In this document: one piece after another, positions 56,601-63,613 of the stretch
Position numbering within the stretch: the first letter of the stretch is position 1
Layout: the number at the start of each line of letters is the position of its first letter
NCBI GenBank assembly: GCA_964199315.1
Contig: OZ116703.1
Span: 26,040,001-26,104,000, forward strand
Source: Orbicella franksi
Taxonomy: Eukaryota
Reading direction: 5' to 3'
DNA: 64,000 bases
Notes under the pieces: model-generated
Seen by the model: only the letters and a program-made list of their open reading frames with translations
Told to the model about the DNA's origin: nothing
Databases searched by the model: none
Made by a program: the position numbers and the translations under genes

Positions 56601-59600
56601 AATTTAGCCTGAATTTTTCAAGATACTCGTTTGTAATTCGTGTTACTCTTCTCCATCCTTAACCCTCCTTGTTTCTTTATGGTTTATTATTATCTCTTTG
56701 GTATTTTTCTATCCTTAGTGAACTACTCTTTTCAGGTTTCATTTAATTTAAAGGTAATTTTATACGTGGCCAAAATAACTTAACAAAAACGTGAGTGAGC
56801 TCTTCTAAAATAATACTAAAAATCGTTGTGTACCTGATTGATTCGTTCAGTGAGCGGTGAGCGACCCTTGTTATCCACCTTCAGTGTTCGATATGGACGA
56901 TCAGAATTATTCCTTGCTTTTTCCACGTACACAGTTCCAGCTGCACCATTCTCTACGTCACCAATCCCGCCAGCAGCTTCTAAGAAGCCATCAAAGAATC
57001 CTCCCTGGTAGTACAAGGCGACTCTGCCACCAGCGCCACCTCCCCCTCCTCTAGATGGGTCTCTATATCCACTGCCACCATTTGCCTGCAGTAGAAAAAC
57101 AAACAGCACTTTAGTGTATACAAAAACACACCGCTACCATGGACACATCTAATGTGAAAATAAGACGTGCACACAATAACATACAATAGAGCGGTTTTCA
57201 ATTGAGTGTCGAAAGTAATCGGACAATTACTTTGGTTTTGGTATTTGTTTTAAATACGGTCTGAGACTGGCTGAGTAGGTTAGTAATTAGTTTGGTTTTG
57301 GTTTTACGACACCCAGTTGAGAACCATTCTACCAGACATGAATAAAACAAAGCTCACTTTTCCCACAATACTTTTCAGACAAATTTTCTATGGTCATATG
57401 ATTTAATCTTATCTTGCATAGAGAGCCGTTACACTCCGCTCGTTCTTATCACTTTTTAATATGTAGTCGTAAGGCACCAACGCTATATTACAATTAGATA
57501 CTTGAGATCACCGTTCACCGCAAACGACAAACTGCTAGGGGTCAGGTGACCAGAGCCAGACGTCAGGTATTTCGAGTCCAAGACACTGACAACAGATTTA
57601 ATCGTTATAAGGTTTAGATGATTCAACGTAACAGAAACAACCAAAACAATTTTTCATGTTACAAAAGCCTTCTCAGTTTCCGTATTGTAAACACGCCCGG
57701 CCACATAAATATTTCAGTTACACAGCCTGTGATAACTTAGAACAAAAACCGGTTAAGTTTGCAGTCGAGGATATAATTAAGTGGCGCCACTAATTATGCA
57801 CAACATTGCTTCCAATTGCAAGTGACTTGCTCAGGCTTGCTCAGGTTTGAATAGCTAATTGAACTAACCTGCACAGTCCCACTTCCTTCCAATGTAACAG
57901 TTCTAATAAGAATACTTCCACCACTACCTCCCCCAGCGTATGAACCAACATAGTTGTCGCCATCAGCACTCAGCGTTCCCTCTATGTCCAATGTGTCGCT
58001 GATGTTGAGGAATAAAATACCACCACCTCGGCCTCCGTGCCCACCACCGCTTCCCTTGCCACCACTGCTGCCTGTTGATCAAACATCACCATTAATCAGT
58101 TTACTCGATTAATTAACGATTTTCATGATACCCACACGAAGGTTATCACAATCATAACGACACTAATGGTGCCATAAGCCAATCAGAGCTTGACGTAACA
58201 ACATATACCCGCCGATAAGCGCAGGAAAATGGATGACAGGCGGCAAGCACGGGAAATCTGGTAACCAGCGGCAAGCACGGGAAAATATGGAACCGGCGGC
58301 ACGGGCAAGAAAATAAGTAAACCAGTGGCAAGCGCAAGAAAATATAAAACTATCGGAAAACAAACGCGGTAAGTAAGGAAATGAACGTAGCCGGCGGTTA
58401 GTGCGAGAAGACGTGTAATGGCGACAAAGGCGGGAAACCTCGTGTAATTTAAATTATGATCTTCGAATGTTGTTTGAAAATGACTCGAAGAGAATAACAT
58501 CAATCGTTTGGACGTAAAAGGGACATTGATTGCAGTCACTTGGCCAAGAATAAGAAAGATCTACTTTCTTCTTACAAAAGTGATATATTTCAAGCGGAGG
58601 AACCAAGAATAAAGAAAATCATCGACACGTCGCTAACACGCTAAACAGAAATCTGAACAACCCCAAAGTTAAGCTACTAAGCTCATGTGAAACATCACTC
58701 AAACTCACCAAAGTCATTGGGTTGTTTTAGTGACCCATATGAAGCTCCCGTGGTCACTTGACTCGCAGCACGTCCGCCCAGTCCCCCGTGACCTCCACCT
58801 GATCCTCCGGCAAAGCCTGGGGACGGAGAGTTTGCACCAGGACCCTTACCTGTAAAGTTAATCGCGACAATCAAAATAATTAGAAAGATACCTAAGTTGC
58901 CAAAGATGAGCCGCCAGCCCGTAAGTAACACTTAGCTCTGTTTTTTTGCCGTGGCTTGAGGCAACTAGTTCATCACAAGTAACCCTACCACCCCTCCCTG
59001 GTCGCTGAGAATTATGACTTTTATGACACGTTCATCAGAAATTATCTCTGTTCACTTGCTACCTACAGCGATTTTGGCGAAGTCGTCAACTATATGTTAG
59101 AACGTTTTCTCAAAAGAGCATTTCCTACAATAATAGCCAAGCGCGCGAATGACGTTATAATTCAGACAAACTCAGACAAACAAAACGGAATGGTGGAAGA
59201 TTTGAAGCTCTTCCAAGCGCGTAAACAAGTGTTCCTAAAACAATTTTTAAAATGAAAATTTGGCGTTCATTTTCCTCCTATTTCTCTCAGAACACTCTTA
59301 TGATGTCTGACTCTCACGAGGTTCCAATAATTTACATTTTATTTTTAGACTTCGCGCGCTTCGTCATTAAGTCACGACAGGAAAACAGGACACGAAAAGA
59401 GTACGAGCTTGGTTAGGGTCAAGAGATGAAAGATTACCCGCTAAAGAGAGCTTTTCATATAAAGGCAACATAATACATTTCGATACAATACCAGATTACT
59501 AGACCGAAGTAAACATACCATCGTAAACAAAGCTCTGTCCCTTTAAAGTTGCATGGACGGTAGCTAAAGCATCGATGGTAAAATTCAGGACGTGCACATG

Positions 59601-62600
59601 AAGATTAACTGCTGTAAACGTTCCTCCGCCGAACACATGCATAGATGTCCCACGGAATTCACGAACTCTTTCCTGATTGGTCACCGTCATGGTGCCCTTG
59701 TTTCGAACGCTGATTGACTCGAAATAAAAGGTCTAGAAATGAACGATAAATCACATGTTAGTAACAGTGTATATTGCTATTGGTCTGTAACCGAAGTAGA
59801 TAACTAAATACGCTTCACTGTGCAGTACAACATTTCCTTAACACCCCAAATAAGCTCGGTGAGTTCGGTTCTTATTTAGGAACCCCTTTATAGCGACCAC
59901 CCAATTAACACGAGCAGACTTTGGCGATTTTAATACATACTTCCTACTCAAGATTCATAGTTGCTGGACTCATGAACTAACCAATCAGAGAAAACTGTTT
60001 TTTTATGTAAAATCAACTTCTAATTCAATTACTAATAAGGGGCATTGGTATACTGATGTCGGCCTGTTGGTGTAATTGAATCACTTTCTCAAACCTTTGT
60101 AACCTTTTAACGCGTTTACAATCAGTTCGCAAGCATTTTTGTTGCCAAAAGCCAAAAAAACATCTTAAAAGCCTGATAAATCTTAAGAAGTTGTTATGTG
60201 AAGGATCATTGTAACGGCATCAAGGGCTACACATTTCACTTACCTTGGTCGGCTTTCCCTCTGTATCATACATCTCCTTCATTCGAATAAGACCATCATC
60301 AACTACTGTAATGTTCTGGCATCTTCTCAAAACACCATCAACCTCGACAGTAACCCCGGCAACAAGCAGTTCTCCCTGCATTGCTGTTAACCCCCCCTGG
60401 TAAATGATCATGTCCATGGGGAGGTACGACTGGAGGGAGAGGAAAGTCTGGTTGTAGCCCAAATGGATTCTCCCGGTTCTATCTCCTTCCATTTGACCAA
60501 TCACGATTGAGATATGCGCTTTGGTGCTTGTCGGATTTATGATGGCTAGCTGCGCTCCACCGTAAAGTTGCAACTCGTCCAGTTCAACATCAGTTCCGTT
60601 TGTTTCCAGATCCTCATCATCCAATGTGAGCCACGCCCTGCTTGATCCACCGTGACTGAAGTCACTGTAGCTTGCGCCAAGATTGGCGTCGGGAATTAAA
60701 GGTTTTCGACCCAGCCCGTTTAGGTACAAAGTTCTGTTTCGAGTCCACCGTGTCCCGTTGATAACGTCTTCATCCAGAATTATTCTTTCCGCGTGTGCTG
60801 CTTCGTCGATACGGTCGTGCCCATAGGTAGCGTTCATTCCGGGCACATTCTCTAGAAACACTGTACCTGGACCACCGGGTTCGTACGGACTGGTGCCCCC
60901 TGCACCGAGAAACCGACCCAGGAAGTGGTTCTCGCGATAGTACAAGCAAACACGACCACCCCCACCTCCACCTCCGTAATACCCGGTTGAGCTGTCCCCG
61001 TCGCCACCGGAGACGTCAAATTCTCCGTCGCCATGTAATCTTGATGTGTACGCTAGAATACTCCCTCCACTTCCACCGCCGCTGCGAGAAGCCCGTGCAG
61101 CTCCCCCTTTAGAGGATAATACTCCATCAACTACTAACGTATCGTGAGCAATGATTTTAAACCGGCCTCCACCTAATCCGCCTGTGAACGGAAAAGCCTC
61201 GGCTCCGCCCGTGCTTCCAAATGTCGTGGGTCTTCTGTACTTCCCGTATGAGACACCGACCTTTGACTGGCCTTTACCCAGCCCTCCGTGACCGCCATGC
61301 CCTGCACCAGAGGAGCCGGAGACACCACCCCACCCGTCTCCATAGTAACGTAATCCGGGAATTTCATCAACAAGGCTATCACCTGAGAGGTAAGCGAAGG
61401 GTTCCACAGTGATGTTCACGTAGTCTAAAGTGAGACTATTTGCCTCCATCTGAGAAAAATCAAAATAGAATAGATTAATACGCACAACTCTTCAGTCTTG
61501 GTAAAACGTCTAATAACGACTTGGAGTTTTCGTCCCAAGCCCGTGTGCACCTTTTCTTCCGGAAACCTAAGACCTTCGACCACCTCTTCAAAACGACCAG
61601 TTAATCGTTCTTAGGTTCTCCACAGCAGATACGTTTAACTGCGCATGCTAGGATCACTACGAGTCAACAATAAAATGGAAAGTACAATTATGTTTGGAGC
61701 AAAGCATACTTGTTACCCATGGCGTGGAGTACACGCACGACTTTGAAAATAAACTAGACGAAAAGGAGGATTGTTATCATTGTTAAACCAAGTTCTTGCA
61801 ATGAGGAAAGTTTCAATATCTCGACTCTATTTCATAGTAATAGCTTATGTATCAAGGCTAATGATGCGTATAAAAATGTAATGGCATATAAACGATAGTC
61901 CCCATGCCATTTAGCGCGAAAATATAATATGCTCGGATATTTGTCCCTGGACATTACAATTATCTGCTCTGAGAAGCGAGCAGTTTTCCGAGAGAATATC
62001 TTGAGGAAAAATATAAGCTTTGAGAAACAGATGATGTCCAAGGACAAATATTTATCCGAGCATATTTTTGCGCTGAATGGAGGCTATTGTGTCAATTATC
62101 CTTCAAAACGTTTTCGCAACACGGTCAGTTTTGAAAGTGGGGAATATCACTCGGAGATTCCCCAGTTTTAGCTGGGGCATATTCAGTTACGTGAAGCGTT
62201 TGAACCATGAGGCTACCGCGCCTCCACACGAAGTGAGTGTGAGGAGCATTAAAAATGTGTTCTTTGAGATTGAAAATTATAGACGGTAAACCAATGTGGA
62301 AATCAGGTAATTTGTACAAGCTAACTACTTCATTAAAGCTATAGCAATGTCTAAGGTGTTTTATACATTAGATGTTCTGATCTGTTCATACACTCATTGT
62401 TCTGGTCTGTTTATACATTAGCTGCTTCAATCCTAGGTGTCGCCTTGTTTATTTTCTATTCCAAATTGTCAGATGGCTCTGAATTATCGGCAGGGAAATT
62501 GAAAAATGACTCGAAATCCATTACGTGGTCTTTTGCATCTGTTTCAGAAGGGATCCTCGTGCAAACAAAAACGAGTGTGATTTGAATGAAGACAGACGTT

Positions 62601-63613
62601 CAAATGAAACATGTTCTCATATGAATGGTTTCGGACGAAGACCTTTAAATACAGAGGCAATAGGCATCTTTCGACAGTATGCTCATCAGAAACAGTAAGA
62701 TCTACAGAGATGAATTCGTCAAACAAGACAATAGGCCATTTTACAGAGGCAAGCGAGGCTGGAGGTGACCTTGCTTTAATACAGACCTCTCTGCTTTTCC
62801 ATTTAAATGCCAACTTATTAGCATTAGAACAACTTGATTTACACAACAAAAGCAGTGAGGTCTTTATCAAAACAAGGTTACCTGCAGCCTCGCTGCCATT
62901 CAAAGGCCAGGGGCCCGTTTCTCGAAAGTGGCGGAAACTTTTCGGGTCCGCAAAGCCCATTTTGGATAATCTCTATCTAAAAACCGAGAGGTATACACGC
63001 CCGAAACTCCTCGTATGAAGAGAACCTCTGTTCATATTAATAATACGTGAATAAAACAGCTCTGTAATCATAGGGTTTGAGGTTTTGCTACAGCTTTCCG
63101 GGTGCGAAAACTTTTCGGGACCTTCGAGAAACGGGCCTCAGGTCACTGAACAGACAACTGTTAAATGTTCTATTCAATGTACAATCTACTGACCTTAGCT
63201 CCCCCTCTAATGTCAAACGTTTTTCCAATCATCCGCACATCTTGTCTGTCTTCTCTGGTAGCCGCCATGTAACCGTCCGTCTGCACAACCACGTGATCTA
63301 AGGCGAATTCCGTTTCAGTGGAGTTCTCAAGAATAAACCGACACTGCGGTCCAACAGTAAGATTCGTCATTTCTCCCATCACACCTCGCATCGCTACCTC
63401 GACTCCACGACAGTTCATACTGCTGGGAAAGGTCACATTGGAACCTTTTTGTGACAGGAGCGAGAATGGAAGGTGTCCCTCCGAGCCCCTCATATGGACG
63501 GTCTGGGTGGGGCGCACGGTTAGGATACCACTGCTGTCGCCAACAATTTTGTCCACGCTCATTTTCACGTTATTCCCAGATATCGACAGGCTTCCTTGGC
63601 CCATAATTTGCAG
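1..63613 (-). CDS. Giant multi-exon extracellular protein, partial at both ends (35 exons, 43,357 nt, >=14,452 aa): Gly-rich/beta-solenoid repeats + tenascin-type EGF array + repeated VWD-LamG-C8-EGF modules
   Basis: All long minus-strand ORFs end at GT donors and resume after pyrimidine-tract AG acceptors. Every junction is phase-compatible and repeat motifs continue across junctions (e.g. GGAK|MEANS, YS G|VGC, FIV R|LQDS). The summed exon length is 14,452 codons + 1 nt, matching the phase at the window edge. Confidence 0.93.
8814..11826 (-). CDS. exon 34 (3013 nt, 0/1), EGF-VWD1-LamG1-C8-EGF-VWD2-LamG2(start)
   Basis: ttctctag|ATATCT ... TCTACAG|gtaaga; VWD motifs (ITLDG, GLWGNCN), LamG/pentraxin motifs (WNHIALVW, FIGQIDEVRIW, LWKLNEGDG). 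Confidence 0.95.
11930..12215. mobile_element. degenerate MITE-like element (TAGAGCGGTTTTCAATTGAG terminus family), intron 33
   Basis: left end tagaacggttttcatttgagtatcgaaagtaat is nearly the same as 57187; degenerate inverted right end ttttacaaccctc...aaaacgcttta. Confidence 0.6.
12458..12587 (-). CDS. exon 33 (130 nt, 2/0), not in ORF track
   Basis: cttcacacag|ATTGCA ... AACAAT|gtaagt; reads RLQDSYPIAWIVAFPVSNERNAAVVDSSMVHSMRCTDSEAQMNN and is the phase bridge needed between exons 32 and 34. Confidence 0.85.
13062..15351 (-). CDS. exon 32 (2290 nt, 1/2), EGF repeats plus start of a non-EGF domain
   Basis: ttgcacag|GGATTG ... GTAAG|gtacga. Confidence 0.92.
16107..17273 (-). CDS. exon 31 (1167 nt, 1/1), EGF repeats
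   Basis: tttttag|GTTGGA ... TGGAGTG|gtaagc. Confidence 0.93.
17778..18107 (-). CDS. exon 30 (330 nt, 1/1), EGF repeats
   Basis: tttcaag|GTTTCT ... CTACCAG|gtaggc. Confidence 0.92.
18531..19154 (-). CDS. exon 29 (624 nt, 1/1), EGF repeats
   Basis: ctttaag|GTGTTG ... AACAGAG|gtaaaa. Confidence 0.93.
19329..20894 (-). CDS. exon 28 (1566 nt, 1/1), last Gly-rich unit U then start of EGF array
   Basis: ttttgcag|GTGGTA ... TACTCAG|gtaaga; switch from Gly runs to C-x-C..GW.G..C repeats near 20470. Confidence 0.93.
21399..22068 (-). CDS. exon 27 (670 nt, 0/1)
   Basis: ctttaag|GTTTCT ... ACTGCAG|gtacga. Confidence 0.87.
22775..23070 (-). CDS. exon 26 (296 nt, 1/0), unit T
   Basis: atttcag|GTCCCA ... 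AAAGAG|gtgagc. Confidence 0.9.
23606..24013 (-). CDS. exon 25 (408 nt, 1/1)
   Basis: ttatcag|GCGGTC ... CACGGAG|gtctgt. Confidence 0.88.
24626..25369 (-). CDS. exon 24 (744 nt, 1/1), unit S
   Basis: tttttag|GTAAAT (GKFRSVGG..AAGTVYK) ... AAAAAAG|gtgggt. Confidence 0.88.
25773..26015 (-). CDS. exon 23 (243 nt, 1/1)
   Basis: ttttcag|GCGGAG ... TTTGGTG|gtacgt. Confidence 0.9.
26230..30879 (-). CDS. exon 22 (4650 nt, 1/1), units O-R and start of S
   Basis: gtgacag|GTTTTA ... GGCGCAG|gtgagt; lies within the 1597-aa ORF. Confidence 0.95.
31190..31539. mobile_element. MITE (350 bp) with perfect 17-bp TIR and 3-bp flanking duplication CAT, intron 21
   Basis: GGTTGTTTACCATTTAC at 31190 and GTAAATGGTAAACAACC ending at 31539; cat at 31187-31189 and 31540-31542. 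Confidence 0.88.
31778..32030 (-). CDS. exon 21 (253 nt, 0/1), unit O
   Basis: gtcgtag|ATTACA ... GGCACAG|gtgagt. Confidence 0.9.
32797..33540 (-). CDS. exon 20 (744 nt, 0/0)
   Basis: tttgcag|GCTGTG ... ACTAAG|gtaaat. Confidence 0.9.
33786..34195 (-). CDS. exon 19 (410 nt, 1/0), unit N
   Basis: tctacag|GTAGCG ... GGAGAC|gtaagt. Confidence 0.88.
34412..34787 (-). CDS. exon 18 (376 nt, 0/1)
   Basis: atacgcag|GATATC ... AATTCAG|gtgagg. Confidence 0.88.
35564..36582 (-). CDS. exon 17 (1019 nt, 1/0), unit M
   Basis: ttttccag|GCCACA ... CTTTTG|gtatgt. Confidence 0.92.
36802..36979. mobile_element. Tc1/mariner-pogo-like MITE (CAGT...ACTG termini), intron 16
   Basis: cagttgaacccggctatttcgaactc ... 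gagttcgaatattttagggggctccaactg followed by TA; left TA appears mutated to TG. Confidence 0.65.
37083..38048 (-). CDS. exon 16 (966 nt, 1/1), unit L
   Basis: ccttaaag|GTTATG ... GGAAAAG|gtaagg. Confidence 0.92.
38339..45777 (-). CDS. exon 15 (7439 nt, 2/1), units F-K and start of L
   Basis: ttgactag|GGGCGAG ... TTCATTG|gtaagt; lies within the 2543-aa ORF. Confidence 0.95.
45969..47482 (-). CDS. exon 14 (1514 nt, 0/2), unit E and start of F
   Basis: ttttcag|GCTACA ... CTTCAAG|gtaaga. Confidence 0.93.
47910..48135 (-). CDS. exon 13 (226 nt, 2/0)
   Basis: ttttttag|GCAGCT ... TATAAG|gtaaga. Confidence 0.9.
48484..49381 (-). CDS. exon 12 (898 nt, 1/2), unit D
   Basis: cccgttag|GCTCTG (GSAGAGHGG) ... 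ATTCTCAG|gtaagc. Confidence 0.9.
50637..50904 (-). CDS. exon 11 (268 nt, 0/1)
   Basis: tttttag|GGTCAT ... TCATCAG|gtagat. Confidence 0.88.
50964..51106. other. assembly gap (143 N) inside intron 10
   Basis: run of n characters; flanking exons join in phase 0, so no exon is required in the gap. Confidence 0.99.
51171..51965 (-). CDS. exon 10 (795 nt, 0/0), unit C
   Basis: gtcattag|CCCGGC ... GCTCAG|gtactt. Confidence 0.9.
52269..52439. mobile_element. palindromic MITE (AATAGGCCATTT terminus family), intron 9
   Basis: aataagccatttcc / ggaaatggcctgtt (12/14 inverted match); internal inverted arms caaaacgagtcttcgtgcaaaacc vs ggtttcgcacagactcgttttg; a degenerate relative of the core lies near 62545-62660. 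Confidence 0.75.
52547..53074 (-). CDS. exon 9 (528 nt, 0/0)
   Basis: ttttag|GGGTCA ... GATTTG|gtaaga; GAGHGG, YGSFDLPLNFGSGGG. Confidence 0.9.
53203..53536. mobile_element. MITE with CAGGGCAG...CTGCCCTG termini (hAT-like ends), intron 8
   Basis: 8-bp perfect inverted termini; direct repeat AGAACT abuts both ends (53197-53202, 53537-53542). Confidence 0.75.
54011..54496 (-). CDS. exon 8 (486 nt, 0/0), end of inserted domain and resumption of unit B
   Basis: tttcag|TATTGT (YCHQ) ... TACCAG|gtgaaa; ALSEVKVF then DSSRTWL, VDELDIRGHA. Confidence 0.88.
55296..55409. mobile_element. short palindromic MITE-like element, intron 7
   Basis: gttatttgccgacc ... ggccggtaaaataac imperfect inverted ends; internal arms aaaagctgtgccctcg / ctcgggtacagattttt. 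Confidence 0.6.
55425..55691 (-). CDS. exon 7 (267 nt, 0/0), N-terminal part of an inserted discoidin/F5-8C-like domain
   Basis: tactacag|GTTGAA (VEEIKLYPG) ... TATCCC|gtatgt; LCDGN and IHHIRIYP motifs. Confidence 0.8.
55810..56130 (-). mobile_element. 5'-truncated non-LTR retrotransposon 3' end (L2/CR1-group LINE), intron 6
   Basis: translation PRANLKTYGESAFFVAAPRLWNPL...FKANLKTYLF* matches the typical C-terminus of L2/CR1-type ORF2; followed by a 3' stem AGCGCCA/TGGCGCT (55852-55883) and a (TTTA)n tail. Confidence 0.88.
56834..57085 (-). CDS. exon 6 (252 nt, 0/0)
   Basis: actgcag|GCAAAT ... AATCAG|gtacac; GGRVALYY, AAGTVYVE, LKVDN. Confidence 0.9.
57187..57331. mobile_element. MITE (TAGAGCGGTTTTCAATTGAGTGTCG TIR), intron 5
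   Basis: 25-bp imperfect TIR (20/25 by eye) with cgacacccagttgagaaccattcta; same family as 11930-12215. Confidence 0.75.
57869..58071 (-). CDS. exon 5 (203 nt, 1/0)
   Basis: tcaacag|GCAGCA ... GTGCAG|gttagt; GGGSGGSILI motif. Confidence 0.9.
58214..58345. repeat. degenerate minisatellite-like array (about 5 copies of [G/C]GGCAAGCACGGGAAAA-like motif, 25-30 bp spacing), intron 4
   Basis: ataagcgcaggaaaa, ggcaagcacgggaaa (x2), ggcacgggcaagaaaa, ggcaagcgcaagaaaa. Confidence 0.7.
58709..58849 (-). CDS. exon 4 (141 nt, 1/1)
   Basis: tttacag|GTAAGG (GKGPG..GGGHGG..YGS) ... GACTTTG|gtgagt. Confidence 0.9.
59139..59361. repeat. 11-bp perfect inverted repeat pair bounding 223 bp, possible MITE remnant, intron 3
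   Basis: aagcgcgcgaa (59139) and ttcgcgcgctt (59351); no clear target duplication. Confidence 0.4.
59519..59732 (-). CDS. exon 3 (214 nt, 0/1)
   Basis: atttctag|ACCTTT (TFYFESISV) ... TACGATG|gtatgt. Confidence 0.88.
60244..61449 (-). CDS. exon 2 (1206 nt, 0/0), Gly-rich unit A
   Basis: ttctcag|ATGGAG ... ACCAAG|gtaagt; contains GAGHGG, GGGSGGSIL, GGRV, GPGTVF, LDELQLYGGA. Confidence 0.93.
61890..62092. mobile_element. long-hairpin (foldback) MITE-like element, intron 1
   Basis: arm catttagcgcgaaaat..atgctcggatatttgtccctggacatt pairs with atgtccaaggacaaatat..tccgagcatatttttgcgctgaatg. Confidence 0.72.
62730..63174. mobile_element. palindromic MITE (AATAGGCCATTTTACAG terminus) interrupted by a nested insertion, intron 1
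   Basis: aataggccattttacag / ctgttaaatgttctatt (14/17 inverted match); internal hairpin gaggctggaggtgaccttg..ctctgctttt vs aaaagcagtgag..caaggttacctgcagcctc. Confidence 0.78.
62911..63138. mobile_element. PIF/Harbinger-like MITE (228 bp) with CAG target duplication, nested in the 62730-63174 element
   Basis: gggcccgtttctcgaa / ttcgagaaacgggcct TIRs (15/16); cag at 62908-62910 and 63139-63141. Confidence 0.85.
63194..63613 (-). CDS. exon 1 in window (420 nt, phase 0/0), second half of a Gly-rich/solenoid unit
   Basis: acceptor tgttaag|CTGCAA (LQIMG); donor GCTAAG|gtcagt. An upstream exon is required but lies outside the window. Confidence 0.85.

Larger units (their letters stand above)
20470..63613 (-). 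repeat. protein-level tandem array of about 21 Gly-rich/beta-solenoid-like units of about 400 aa (about 8,700 aa)
   Basis: recurrent ordered motifs G[AG]GHGG, YGS...P...GSGGG, GGGSGGS[IV].I, GGR[IV].[IL], GT[VI][YF], [IV]DN, FDE[LM].L.G, GD.[ST]G..H[VI], counted as units A-U. Confidence 0.9.

Noticed and set aside
58214-58345. CRISPR-like appearance of spaced repeats
   Set aside because: Repeats are degenerate with short irregular spacers, in a eukaryotic intron, with no cas genes.
1-63613. Naming the gene tenascin, teneurin, zonadhesin, SCO-spondin or fibrocystin
   Set aside because: Only generic EGF, VWD or Gly motifs are shared. The diagnostic domains (FN3/FBG, NHL/YD, MAM/TIL, TSP1/LDLa, IPT) were not seen in the window, so no symbol is given.
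20470-63613. Collagen or PE-PGRS interpretation of the Gly-rich region
   Set aside because: There is no Gly-X-Y periodicity and no continuous GGAGG repeat; Gly runs are short and interleaved with hydrophobic strands, and the gene is spliceosomal.
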